This document shows, piece after piece, positions 25,028 through 38,800 of a stretch of DNA of 64,000 nucleotides. Within the stretch, counting starts at the first letter, position 1, and each line of letters begins with the position of its first letter. Source of the stretch: Amoebophrya sp. A120 (Eukaryota > Protista > Dinoflagellata). Location: the NCBI GenBank assembly GCA_905178155.1, contig CAJINV010000007.1:2833151-2897150 (forward strand). The letters are read 5' to 3'. Below the pieces are notes generated by a model that saw nothing but the letters and a program-made list of their open reading frames with translations, was not told the DNA's origin and searched no databases. Made by a program: the position numbers and the translations under genes.

Positions 25028-25672
25028 CTTGTAGTTTAGTTTTCTTGACTTGCTCCTGTAAGCTTCGAAGAAAAATGTTGACAAAAATGATCAAGCTACG
25101 ACTGCCACTTTTTACCTAGCAAAAAACTAAAAGTTTGCTGAAGAGTCACATCGTCATACAAGCGGCCTCTGCGACTACAGGACTAGTGGGAAAGTCTTTA
25201 CGTTGTTTTTTTCAAATAACTGCAGGTGAAGAGAAACGTATTCGATTGAAACTTCTTCTATGTGTTGGCGTGGAACATGTATGTACTTCTTTACGGCAGC
25301 TAGCAAAATGAATTTTCTTCAAAATGGATCTTCTTTCATGTCGGATAGCTTTGCAGATCTTCTTCCAACATCTCGTAGCCACCAGTGCGGAACACTTTTC
25401 TTTGCGTTTTTGGTATGCGGCGGCTGCGCTGCTCAACAAGGGTATCTCGGAATACAAATCCGCATGTTGTTCCCATCGTACTTTATTACAATTTTCTGCT
25501 CAGATCTTTTTACAAGGCCGGGCGTTCGTCTTACGAAACAGTAAAGGATACTTCACTCAAATGTCGTTGTTAACTCTATGTTTTTTCTTCGTGCTCTTTT
25601 CTTATGCGCTGTACCAAGAATTGCAAAACCCTTCCTGTGCAAGCTGCTAGGATTTTTTCGCATTCACTTTCA

Positions 25673-28600
25673 TCAATTTTTCCCGTTTTCGGATTTTGAT
25701 GACCGTCTGGAATCCCCCCCGTCCAATTTCGACGAGTCCTCACCGCCAGAAGACGAATCGTTTTTCTCCGAATCGTTATCCGAACCGGAATTGTTCTGTT
25801 TCACTTTTCCTGATTGATTCACTTTTCCGCCGTCCCCGTGCTCCGAGCCACTCCCGTCCTCATCTTCAGAGTCCTCGTCTGCTTCCGAATTACTCTCCGA
25901 CTCTGATTCCGACTCCGAGGACTCCTCCTCGTCCTCTTCGCTGGAGCTGAAGTATTCCTCACTGTGATTTTTCATCAGCTTCGCCTCCTCCTCCAAAAGA
26001 AACTGCGCGTAAAACTTCTCCCGCGCCTTCGCGCACAGGTCCACGACGTCGTCCAGAACTGCGTCGTCGATGATTAGGTCCTCCTCGTTCATCGTACTCA
26101 CAAACCCGAGCTTGCTGTCGATCTTCGTCACGATCTCCGATAACTTCAACTGTCTGCTCGCGTCGTCGTCCTGTGTCGAAGTACTGCTGCCACTCGTGGT
26201 CCCACTAGCCGAACTACTAGTACTGCCCATTGTAGTTCCTTTCTTCTTCTTCCCGCGTAACTGCTGACTCAACGCCAGCACTTCGATCCGGTTCAGATCC
26301 GGCACGGGGTCGTACAGCGTTCGCAAATTCGGATCCTTGGGGCAGTTTTTCGCGATGTGCCCCGTTTCCTTACAGCTGTAGCACTTAATCTTCGCGTTCC
26401 GCGTCTTGTTCTCCCGCTCCTCGCGCTCCGCCCGATCCTGCTCGTCCAAGTCGTCATCCTCGTCTTTCGACTCGTGCTTCGAGAATTTGCACCCAATCGC
26501 GTCCTTCCCCAACTTCCCGCAGCACCACCACATCTCCCCCCCGTACTCGCTGGAGTGGGTGCGGCAGGACCAGTTGAAATTGTCCTGCTCCGAGTACTAT
26601 CAATTGCAAAAATGTCTGGGTCGGGAAGGTTGGAACTTGTCATGCTGGATTTGGATTCCGCAATAAATCTGTATTGCATGAACAGCAAAAGAGGTCCAGT
26701 TTTTGCCACGGCGAGAGAGCATTTCTCATGCAGTATAGGCATCAGGAAGCCCTCGCAAAATCTGTGATGCTAGAGCATGCATCACAGACATCAGGAGTCA
26801 GGTAAAATGTGCATGACAAACCTTGCACTCTTCCAGACCCAGACATTTTTGCATTTGATAAGTACTCCTTGTTGCAGTTTTTGCAGGTTTTGTGTTCGTC
26901 CACCTTCAATCTGCGGTATTTTTTCAGCCTTTGCTTCAACGTGTCCCGGTCGGCGGAAAGGTCTTTCACCTTCATCTCCAGCTTGTCGCGCTCCTTCCGC
27001 ATGGTGTCCTTCTCGTTCAGCGCCTCTTTCAACTGCTCTTTCAAAGCGATCCGCAGCTCGGTTTCCTCCTCGAGGAGGGAATCTTTCTCCAGTAAGAGCT
27101 CCTCGTTTCTCTTCATCAGCGCGGTTCTGCCGGCTTCTAAATTGTTTTTGTCGGACACGAGCGTGCTCAACTTCAGCTCGATCTCGTCCTGCGCCTGAAA
27201 CTGGTCGGACAGCTGCTGGGCGAACTTTTTCTGCTGCTTCTCCAAGTCTGCGTCCGTGATGTGGGGAACGAGGCTCGAGGAGAAGTGAGCAGCAGGAGTT
27301 GATGTTCCTGTTATTGTGAGGAAAAATCCCCCCGCCCCATATCGAAAAGGCGTGCTTTTCAAAATTTGTGATGCTGCTTTGTGGTCACAAATCGAGTCTG
27401 TCTTGCAAGAGAGCAAAGCCAGAGCCTCCGCCGCATTTCGCAGGCGATTTGTAATGCTGCTGCGCCAATGGAGCAGACGTCTGCCATGCTAAGTGTCTAC
27501 CTCAGGCCACCCCTTTCCGGGCTCTGTATCTGCCTGCAGTGCTCCACTGCAAGACAAAGCTGATTTGTGTACGCAAATACAGCATCACAGACTTCCTTTT
27601 CGATATGGGGAGGGGAGATTTTTCCTTTTGATACCTGTGGTGGAATCCCTAGCGGAGCCGGAAATCCTGCTGCTTCCTCGTCCCAAAGCGGTTGCAACGG
27701 CGCCAGACGCGGTACTATTGCGGATGCCTGTGCCGCCTGAAGTTGAAGCCCCCTCTGCGGCGACCACGCCTGCTGTCGTGGTGCCGTGTCCTGTAGCAGC
27801 TGACCCGCCGGCAGCCGCATTGCTCGATTTGAAATTTCGAAGCAGCCGGATCTGTGTTTGATGTAAATGCACCGAATGTTTACACATGATACACATCACA
27901 CGACCCATCCATCAGACAAGCAAACAAGGCGACCTACGGATACGGAAGTCAATAAAACATGAGAAGCATCCAAACAAAACACGCACAAAAAATCGCACCT
28001 CCCCCTCCAACACGTCGTTTTTCAGTTTCGCCAAACTGGCCGCCCGCAGGTGTTTCGCCACGACAAATCTTTGCTGCGAGACGATCCGCTCCTGCTGGTC
28101 GACGAGAAAATGTAACTTTTTGTTCTCCTTGACCCTCGCAGCCAACGACTCCGACAGTTCGCCCAACTGGATCTCCTTTTCCTCGCAACCCCTTTTCTCC
28201 CACAAATTTCTTTCCATCTCCGCTTTCCGCCGGTAGCCGTCCATCGCGACCCAGTGTTGGAGTTGTTTCAACTCTTTCTGCAGCGCTTGTACCTCTTCCA
28301 TCTGCTGTTCCTTTTCCCGCTCCTGCGCCGCGCAGTAGTTTGTCTCAACCGCCACTTTCTTCCGGTACTCTTGCAGTTTGTGCAACAGCCGGTCGGAGAG
28401 GCGAAGTTCGTCGAGTAAAGGAACGCCGGAAGTTGAAGTAGATGTAGTAGCGGTTTTTAAGTTCTTCGTATTTCCACCGGCACTGCTTATTTTCGTGGGA
28501 GATGTAGTTGACGATGGTGCACCACCACCACCAGCAGTCTTTCCTGGTCCGCCACTGGTACCAGCCGGTCCAGCAAGGCCCCCGCCTGAAAGATTTTTCC

Positions 28601-29294
28601 CACTGTAAACCGATTGAAACAAGCCGATTCTTTCGAACAGCGGCATCAGGTACTTTTCCACCACCCACCTGGCCGTCTCCGGCGCGACGACGTTATCCTC
28701 ATCCTCGCTGTCGTTATCGAGGAAGTTGCTCGCGTCGCTGTCGTCCACCTCGTCGTTCGTGCTGCTGACATACCCCGTCGCGGCCTTTGGTGAAGGTGAA
28801 CCACTACGCTTCGCTTTCTTCGTCTTCGGAGAAGAAAACGGAGGCGAGGGCGATCTTGAAGACGATCCTGGTTGTGCCGGTGGCGACCGGGCGTGGCCTC
28901 GTCTTGGTAGGGGGAAAGCGGTTTGCTTGATTCTCTGGATAAAGGAGACGGCGGTCGTGGTTTTCGGTTTGCAGCTCGCGTGGGGAATTGTCGCTGTCTG
29001 TACTGTTGCGGAGGTGACATTGTGCTTGGTAGAATTTTTATGGCTGTCCTCGTGCAGCAACGTCGGGGAAATACTAGCGGCGGCATCTACTTCTATACGA
29101 TCTCCTTGCAGTGACACGGGAACATGCCTTGCGACTTGTTGTGCTCCTCCTGCCGCCTGGTGCTGCAAGGTGTTTGTCTGCTCCTGCCGCAACATGCGCT
29201 GCACGACATCGTCATCAGGCTGCCGCGGACTCCGGGTGTTGTTTCGCTTCGGGTTTGCGGTTCCCTCAAAGGGAGATTTGGGAGGGGTTGTCAT
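25673..29294 (-). CDS. Coiled-coil protein with Cys/His zinc-binding motif, CCHC zinc knuckle and acidic tail (about 959 aa)
   Basis: Exons 29294-27999, 27851-27634, 27306-26861 and 26592-25673 total 2880 nt in frame. CKNCNKEY-SEQDNFNWSCRTH...WWCC...GC..H is rebuilt across an introner. Knuckle CYSCKETGHIAKNC. Confidence 0.8.
26598..26860. mobile_element. Introner family 1, TSD AGTAC
   Basis: TIRs present. AGTAC at 26593-26597 and 26861-26865. Interior resembles the 8841 element. Confidence 0.92.
27312..27633. mobile_element. Introner family 2, TSD CCTGT (GT-AG compatible)
   Basis: CCTGT at 27307-27311 and 27634-27638. Opposite orientation to the 15002 and 48322 elements. Confidence 0.92.
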
Positions 29295-29599
29295 GGTCAG
29301 AAGGTAGGGCGAAGTTTACTTAGAAGTGTACAGCCGCGACGAAAGCACTGAATGCTATTCGAAAGAGACCACTTGTCCACCCTTGAAAAAGACACCTAGA
29401 CCGTGCTCCTTCGTCTTATGTGTTGCGTACCTGGCTTTTAGTGTAACTGGAACACGGAAGACCTCCTCGGGGTCGTGCCCCAAATCCTTATGCCTGCGAC
29501 GGCACCATACACGAACACCACTGTGCGACAGCACACCCTGCCGGCCGCTGCTCAGCTACCAAACGAGACTACGCAAAATTCACTCAGAATGAAACGTTT

Positions 29600-30400
29600 G
29601 CCGCGTGGCCTTCTGACCCAGTTGAAAATTTAGTACCCGGCCGACCAATGTCTGCAGACACACAAGCAGCCGGCAAGGGAAGGCTGCCACCCATGCCCAC
29701 ACCCGCTGGCGCCGCTCGGCCAGCCGGCCACACGAAACAGACACACCCGGGTTCCGGGGAGAAACAACCCATGTGGGGGGCGCGGGGCTGCTTGAGTGGC
29801 TGGCCTAAGCTGGTGGCCAATGGGGCGGCGCTACGGTCCCGTTCCGGCGAGGCGTTGGCGCCCACGTCTGTGTGCTGAAGCGACGACGCACCGACCGCCC
29901 CATCGGGCGGGGGGGCGCCAGGCCAATACAGCCAACTGCGCAGGGGAATGAAAACGCAGCGCCACGAAGGGGGAGGCTCGGCCCGCCGCCGCGCACGAAG
30001 GCGCCGCCGGGCGGGGCGGGCCCCGGAAACCGAGAGAGGGCGCGACTGGGGCGCCGGAAACTGAGAAAGGACACGGGCCCGCGCGACGGCTGCCACGAAC
30101 TGCGCACGCTGTTGAGGCTTCTCCGACGATACCGATCGAGGGCGCCCACCCGCTTGGGTCTTTCGGCCGGCAAGATGTTATCGATTCCGGGGTTGAGCTG
30201 CACCACCGCACGCCCCCGGAAGCATGGCGGGGTTCGCCTGCGCAACGCCGCGCGCCGCGGCTCGGCTGCGCGCGAAAAGACACGACACGCGCGCGGCTGC
30301 GGCCTGGCCTGCGTGCTCCGCGGGGCGCACGCAAACCGAAACACGACGCGCCTTCCTGTCTCGTTTCTCTCACTCGCCGGGCCTACGCTCACTGAAAGCA
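29600..30400. other. Very GC-rich intergenic island of unknown origin
   Basis: Visibly much higher GC than the flanks. Only low-complexity Arg/Ala/Pro shadow ORFs in several frames. Confidence 0.5.
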
Positions 30401-30881
30401 AGAGCAAAAAATAATATCAACCACGAGCACAGATTTAGTGAGTCCCTCGCTCAGAAGAACAGAGCGAGCGGATCAGATTACGCAAGGCGCCCACGTCATC
30501 ACCACTTACGAAGTGACTATTTTCAAGGCTGCGATGCAACAAAACTATTACTATGGTATACTACGGTATAATTGGAGAGATGCCAAATTTTCGAGAAGCC
30601 CTTGCAGCTGAGTTTGTCTTTGTGGTATCTCTATCATACAAGGAAGCATGTGACAGCAACGCACGCCAAAGAAATAACAGCAGTGAGTCCGTCCTCGTCT
30701 TCGCCGACGCAGTACTATGACACTTCTTAATTATCACTACGCAGAGTATGTGCTTTTCCAGCATTACCGCGTCGGTAAACAAATTTGATCAAGAGCCTGA
30801 GCAAGTACAAGTAGCTAGCATTTTACATGTGACAACAGAAACTTGTTTCTACGAGATTCTTAACATCTGCTTCCACCTTTC

Positions 30882-33800
30882 TCACCCCGGCACCAGCCCC
30901 GCGAAGCCGCTGCTCCCAGGGACCGCCCCCTTCCCCCCGCCGAATGATCCGATACTGGAATTTGTCATGTTGCTGCTCCTTCGGGTACCATTCGTACCAT
31001 GCCCGTTCATCCATCTCGTAGACAGCATGGCAGACGTCGGCGTGCTGTTATTCGACAAAGTTGCTGAGGAAGTGAACTTATTCTGCAGGTAATACTGCGA
31101 GTTCGACGTCGGCGACGGAAGATTCGAGCTGTTGTTCGAATTCGAATTCAATAGACCACCTGTGCTGCTGTTCCTGTTCGCTGCGGATGAAACAAGACTC
31201 CCACCTGCATTCGACGTGGCACCAGCAGCACTACTCGTCCCGCCGTTGATATTCGCACTCGCCCGACTGCCTAGAGAATTATCCTTCTTCAAACTCGACC
31301 GCAAGGGTGCGACGCGCTTCTCGGTCACTTTTTTGATCTTCTTCGAGCGTTCTTGGATGATCAGAGTCTTGTCCAAGGGATTCAGCAATTTGCACCCCTG
31401 CCAGATGTCCTGCACGAACGTTCGGTTCATGCTGTTCAACAGCCACCGCTTCATCTGCGCCAGCGCCGCCTTGCTGCACTCCGCTTTTACCTTCTGCTGC
31501 CGCGCGTCCTCCTCGTCCTTGATGGAAATGGACATGGAGCGGTTAAAACCCTTGTTTTTCAACGCCGATTTCAAGCCGTGGTTCATCCCGATAGCACCCG
31601 TTCCCGCGGCCGGTCCGGCAGATCCGAGGGCCCCCGCGGTATTTGCATTGATGTTGATCCCGGATAACAAACTCTTCTTTCGAACCGCCGACATGACCGT
31701 GTTGTCCGCCTTAAACTCCGCAAAAATCGACAGGCGCGGCATCGCGCGCCCGCGAAGATTGTTGCCTTTTTTCATATCTCCGCCAGCGAGCAGGAAATTC
31801 CGCTTAGTATTCGAAGACGATGCTCCACCACCACCGTTCTCGTCCCCCTCCTCGCTGTGTCCGGGCAGAATCGCGACGGACTTCCGCACTTTATTTCCGT
31901 CCTTCTGCTCCTTGCTTTTCAAGACCCCGTCGAGCAAAACGGATAATCGGACGCCGGACTGCGGGGTGCTTGGTGCGGGGCTGGAAAGAACCGAGTTGTT
32001 GTTCTGCTGGTTATTTTGCTCTGGGGAGATGAATAATTTCGACGTCAATTTGTCCTCCTCTTCTCCAAGCGAGGACCCCTCGGGCAAACTTTCCCGGAAG
32101 CTTGCTAACCCGAGTTGGAAAATCGCGTTTTCGTTTTTCGTCGCTTGTGCGTGTCTCAGCAAGGTTGCGTGGTCTGGCGCGACGGCAATGGTCCGTCTCG
32201 TGCTCGGGTCGAGCTGGCTTTTTGTGTTTTGCGGTAGCAAAGAGATTTTTCGTTTCGATCTGTTGTTGAAACCCGGGATCTGCTCGGGAACTGCGAAGCT
32301 CGCGCGCACTTTCTTGCTCGCAGTAGTTGTAGTTCCTGGCGGCTTTGTTTTGTCAGCATTAGAAGTTGTTGTACTTGTGCTGTGTTGTATCTCTCCACCT
32401 CCACTAAATGACGAGGAAACCCCACCAGCCAGTATTCCGCCTCTATTCCCACTGTTTCTTGCCGTGTTTTCGTCAATGGAGCCCTCGACAGAAGCGTTGC
32501 TGTCGAGTGCGAATTTTTCCGCAAAGAAACCTGGCCCGCCCGCGATCGTGGTTCTTTTGGAGGTGGAGGTTTTCAAGATGGAACTGGGTCGCCGCAGTTT
32601 GCTTTCAACAGAGTTGTTCACAGCATGCGGTCCTGGCTGCCAAGTAGATCCGGAATAGGTAGAAGCAGCGGTGGCCCTTTCCGACGGGCCTAGTTCTATC
32701 TTCGATGGTTTGCTGCTGTTGTCGACGACCTGGAACACGTTTTTATTCATTTTTCCCGGACGGCTGCTACTACAACCCGTTGCTGCTTGATGTTGATCCG
32801 CTTGTTGAAAAATTTCCTCTGATGAACCATTAACGTTCACCGGAAGTTGCGATTTGCGCCTCGGTACAATCATGCTAGGCCGCTTCGTAGACAATACCAC
32901 TTGGGACAAGCGTCGTGACATACTCCACACGCTTTCCGGGAGGTTTGCTGAGTGCAACTCCGGCTGTCCCCCGTGCGGGGACGGGGCGGGTAGCGTCATG
33001 CGCGGCGGTGGTGGAGCACCCGGTGCGGCCAAAGATGGTTTGTTCATCGATGAGACCCGTCGTCCTGCCGATGTCGATGTCGCGCCAGCAGGTGTTGAGA
33101 CTGCACTGGATCCGCGACGGCTAGAACTGGCCCCAGTCTCTTCCTCAGCGACGGGGGCTGGGCAAAACAAACTGTTCCGGCTTTTCCGCACCGTACTACT
33201 AAAGAGCTGCTGCGTTGGAGATGTAGTTGTCCCACCATGCGGATGTCTGTTCGTGGTAATGTCATCCTGCAGAAGTGTTGGACCACCCGTGGCAGAAGTA
33301 GGATCACACGTACCACTAGTACCACTATTCATTTTCCTCGTATGACCTTCTTCGTCTTCAACGTCCGCGCCCATTCTTCCCGCCCGTTCGCGTCGTGTTT
33401 CCTCCACCGCTTTCGCCAGGGCAATGGACATAGAAGACCGTTTTTCAGATGTGGACGCATTGACATTCACAGGAGAAGTTGACGCCGTGATGTCGAACCT
33501 CCGGAGTCTCTGTGACGAAATCCCGAGCGGCTGCGAAATCACCAAGTGTCGAGCGTCGACAGCTGATAATAAATTGTGTAGAACTAGAAGTAAACAACGG
33601 AAGAAGAGTTAGTCAGCATCAGGCAGCAGATATATGCCTGTCAACATGTACGTGACGACCCTGCTAGAAATGGAACAGCTTGCCCTGCAAAAGTGCAAAA
33701 CGAGTTGTACGCTTTCCCTCGATCAAATGCTGCTCCACCTCCTTCGCGTCGTCCTCGTTGAACAGAACCCCGCGCTGGGCCTCCACAAAGGCCTCGATCC

Positions 33801-33939
33801 GGTCTTTTCGAGATTTCAGCTTCGTGCTTTCCGCAGGTCCTCCACCGGGCGTACTAGTCTCTTTCACGTGTGCAGTTACAATCGGGGCGGGTCGCTCTCG
33901 GCCAGTACGCCGGAGCAAGGATGAGAGGAGATCGCTCAT
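30882..33939 (-). CDS. Low-complexity Ser/Thr/Gly-rich hypothetical protein (probably 2 exons)
   Basis: 887-aa ORF at 30882-33545 plus an upstream ORF starting at ATG 33939. Many RRxS/RKxS motifs. Splice sites not fixed. Confidence 0.65.
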
Positions 33940-35843
33940 TCGTGGCTTTGTTTCAGTTTTTTTGACCAGAAGTCGCAGGAGCTAAACCTCCATCCAATGG
34001 ATCAAAGGCGCACGACGCCGAAGACAAACCAAATACCCTGATGAGACGTGGGCGGCAGAGTACCCTCGTATTTCGGCGCTGCAGGTTAAGGTCTACTGTC
34101 TCATTTGGATTCGCCCACCTCGTCATCTATCTCATGACAGAAGATAGGATGAAGATGAAGTTCCCCTCGCACTCATTAAATCAACACGACTCCTTTCACT
34201 TAACAGAACAAAAGAACGCTGCTGAGCACAGGCTTGGAGCGCAACAAATCTGTGCCAGCATCTTAATCCTATTTCTTCGAGCAGCTTGTCTTCATTTCTC
34301 GTCCCCTTCCGCAGATCTTCAAATTGTGTTTGCCACAAATATTGCTTTTCGTTTACCTATGTACATTTTCATTTGCAACGTGCGAAACGGTTTTTTGTTT
34401 CTCAGAACTTTGAAAACTTGAGTGAGATTCGCGACTGCGCCTTTGGCTAGCCGGTGTTGAACGACGTATCGGAAAGAGCTGCATGCGCCTACAAGATGAC
34501 ACACGATGATCTACAACATACTGAAATTTTCGCATAGTCTTAAACTTTTGATGATGATGCTTTGAGAACGAGCTGCAGTGTGGCACCCTTGCAGAATAAT
34601 TCGTACTGCTCTCCAACACAAACTCGGACCCAACTACGAAGGACTCAAAATCTTTCCACCTGGTACTACTGCATCTAACACGCAATGAAAAAGTTTTCAT
34701 ACACACGAGGTGAGGGCCGCTACCAAGCGGCCAGCGGCTCATACAAAGAAAATACAAGAACTTTGGTAACAAGAGAACTACGGAAACTAAAAGTTGAAAC
34801 GACAACCAAATCCACCAACCTTCCAGACAACGAACAATGTTGCCCTACGCTTCCTGACTCTGATTTGGACTCCCCTCGTCGCCTCCTGCCGGCACTTGCA
34901 CTTCAACCTTGTCAGCTGCGACGGCATCACCCTCAGCGGGTGCAGCGGGGGTTTCGACAACCTATTATTTGACGATGAAATCGTGTGGCATCTTTCCTTA
35001 ATCGTAGACGTGTGCGTTTACAATGAAGTACATACACTCTGATCATCTCGCACGCTCTCGTTCTTCCCCCCAACACCCAAACGCACCTCATAGAACATAA
35101 TCGCAGTACGCAAAACGCAATAAGCCACTGACTGACCTACAAAAGCAAAGACGGCGCGCGGCGTGCTTTGTATTTGTCGCATGTGACAGCTGAGCCCTGA
35201 AGTGAAACGAATTTCAGTACAGGATTTGATTTTAAACTGCACAACGCCCGACTGTATTCACGTGACGCTGAGGTAAAGGAATCATTGTGCGTTCCGCAGG
35301 GAGAGCGACGCTGCTTAGCCGTAATTCTTTGAATCTGCGGCGTCTAAATCAATCATCTGTGCACGGGCTTATCCTTCGGTACATTTTCTAAATGAAGCGC
35401 TATTTTTCGGCGCTCAAATTTGGCACCAGTTCCCAGGTATTTACGCATCTTCGACAATGTCGGATCTTTCATAATATCAGTCGCAGACATAAATTGGATC
35501 TTGTACTACGTATGGCGTAGCTGCATTTCCCGATCGATTGTGCGGGCGGATAATTCTCTGTCGCTCTAAATACTATAATTCCTCACTTTTTCCGACCGGT
35601 ATTCCGATGAAATTCTCTCGTACTAAAAATTGAATTGTAACCTAACCTTACACTTTCATACACAACGCCAAGAAGCGTACGTAACGTCATCGTCTTGGGC
35701 TCGAATTTATAAACTCGCCTCCTCATTGTAGCAAAACACTCTTCCCTCTCGTCAGGGCCGCGTGGAATGAATCTAAAACCACGTTCTCGCCTCTGTATCA
35801 GCATCATGAAAAAATCTAATCCGACACAGAAAAAAAGGACTTA

Positions 35844-38800
35844 TCACAAGGCATTTGCCGGACTGTTCTTAGGACTAGTGGAGCCAACAACTACCGGAAC
35901 AGATTCCGCGGTTTTGCCCTCCACTGGAACGCCTTCCGCGGTCGGGGTGGGCGGGGCGGATGGCGGGGCAAACTCGAGCGGATCCTTGAAGGAAAGCACA
36001 CCTTGCAAAATGAGCACAGCCGTGATGATCACGAAGACACCCAGGGGCACCATGCCCAGCCACCTGAGAGTAGGTTTTTTAATTTTTTAATTTTTTTTAA
36101 TAATTTGCCGTCAATTCCGGTTCGTCAAGAAGATCTACACTCTGCGATTGTGTCCCTCTCTAGATTAGAAGGTAGCAAAACAAAACCATATACCAGTCCT
36201 CGTAATCTTTGTTGTCCTTGATGATTGGGGCGATGAGCAAACTGACCATGGACATCAATTTGATCAGGATATTCAGTGCCGGCCCACTGGTGTCCTTGAA
36301 GGGGTCCCCGACGGTGTCGCCAATCACGCAGGCCTTTCCTTGCTCTGTCTTTTTGATCTTCAGCTTCTCACACAGCTTCTTTGAGTTGTCCCACGCGCCG
36401 CCGGCGTTCGACATCATGATGGCAATCATGGCCCCGGAAACGATGCTGCCTGTAGTTTGGATTTACGATATCATCATGGTCAGCTAGGTGCTGTACGAAG
36501 TAGCACTAGAGGAACCTTCATGTGTCTGCGGCACACTCAACAGTGCGGAAGGCATCTGCTGCAACTGGGTGTGATTCGCAATTGCAGTAAAGGATTCTAA
36601 ACTCAACAGACGCGATTTGAAAATTCTAGTAAAATCAAACATCTACTCAACACAAGTTGATATTCAAATCTTCTACCTGCCAACATTCCCATCAAGCACT
36701 TCGGTCCGATTGTGAAGCCGACAAACAACGGGGCCAAGACTGCGTAGGCGCCTGGGGCGATCATTTCCTTCACGGAGGACGCAGTGGAGATCGCGACGCA
36801 GCGGTCGCTGTCCGGCTCGACGTCTTCCTCCGGCGGGATTTCTTCGCCACGGCTTGCTCTTTCGATGGCGTTTCTCAGGCCCGGGATCTCCCGGAACTGC
36901 CTTCTTACCTCCTCGATAATTTCTGCCGCGGCTTTACCGACGGAGATCATGGTCAGCGCGCCGAACAGGTATGGAAGCATCGCGCCGAACAAGCAGCCCG
37001 CCATGGTGGACGCATCGCTGATATCAAAAATGATTATCGTGTTGCCCTGAACTTTCTGCTTCACATATCGCGAAAAAAAATCTTTCACTGTGTGATGAAC
37101 TTGTGATGCACAGTTTATTTACTGTCTTCCGTTCGGAAGCGCGTATGGGTAGTACTAAATTCATGCACGAGGACTGCTTCAATGATGCAAATTCCACAAC
37201 CCAAATCCCAACACAGCGCATAGGCGACACAATTTCCTGCACGCAAAATCGCCACAGTGAAACCTTTTTCTAATGCGATATGAAGGCAGCCATGAGCGAC
37301 AGGGCGGTGAGCACGGCGGAACCGATGGCAAACCCTTTTCCGGTGGCAGCGGTGGTGTTGCCCAGCGCGTCGAGCGAGTCTGTCTTTGCGCGGACGGAGG
37401 AGTCTAATCCCGCCATCTCGACGAGGCCGCCCGCGTTATCGGCGACCGGGCCATAGGCGTCCGTGGCCAGGGTGATACCGAGGGTGGAGAGCATACCCAC
37501 CGCGGCAATCGACACGCCGTAGGCAGGGTCGACTCCATCCGGGGTCAGTTCGGCGCAGGACAGAATCGTCGCCACCAGAATGACCGTGGGCGGACCGCAG
37601 GAAATCATACCAACGCCGATACCTGCAAGAACGTTGTAGAAGTCAATGATATAAAGAATTTTTTTTCGCTGGCACGGCACGAGCTTCATGCAAATCATTT
37701 GCGCATCGGGAACTAAATCGACAAGTCAAGCCCTAAACGGCGGCTTGGTGGTGCTTGCGCGCCTTTATTCTGAAAGTATCTCTGAACGTCAGACGTATGC
37801 AAGAACAAAAAACAGAACACCTTGAGTACCATTAAATACCTTGAATGACAACCGTTGCTGGCCCGGTCCTGCCGGCGTTTTTGATGGAGATGGTCGGGGA
37901 GAAGTCGAAGCTCGTGAAGTACTCGGTGACCTTACCGATGAGAATCCCGGAGAACAAGCCAATCAAGATGCAACCGTATAGCCTCCAGCCCTGCTCCGCA
38001 TTGTCGAACATCAAGAAGATCGCTACGGCGGCGAGCCCGATGAATAAAAAGCCCGCAGTGTACATACCTAGAGATTTGTTGGCGACGCACAAAATCTAAA
38101 TGTTTGGACCCAAATCTGCTGCAACGAAAAATGGTTCACAGTTTCTATCTCACGGATTCGTTCTTCTTATATTTTTTGCCAAATAAACACGCGGCCCACT
38201 TGTTTACATGCAGACAGGAACAACTACACCAACCCAGCTAATCTAAAAAATATGATTTGTGTTTGTACCCTTTTCCAGTGCCCACATGAGAGTTCCGAGA
38301 TGCACGTCCCAGCCCTTTCCTTCCTCTTTGGTCCCTACCATGAAGTAACCGGCGAACGAGCAGAAAATGCCAACGGACGCGAGGACGAAGGGCAGAGCCA
38401 TCAGAACTGGAGTGTCTCCGGCCAGCGTAGCCGCGGCAATGATGCTCCCCACGTAGGACTCAAACAAGTCCGCGCCCATACCGGCCACATCACCCACGTT
38501 GTCGCCCACATTGTCTGCGATCACTGCTGGGTTGTGTGGATCGTCTTCATCGATACCGGCCTCGACTTTGCCGACCTGAGGAAATTCATGTTGTCAACAC
38601 TCGTCCTTATTCGCGAACTTTTTATGTAAAGACGACATGCATTATTTCAACAAAGTACAACCGAAAACCTTAACCTACATCATGTAGAATTTGCACAATC
38701 TCCTTCTCTCCGGAAAAAGCCTGTCCACACTTCCATTCCTCTTTACTATTCACACATGATACCAAATCGGCCCCGACGTCCGCCGCCTTGGTGTAGATTC

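Noticed and set aside
31132-32658. 508-aa plus-strand ORF and other long plus-strand ORFs
   Set aside because: They are antisense shadows of minus-strand coding sequence with no independent motifs.
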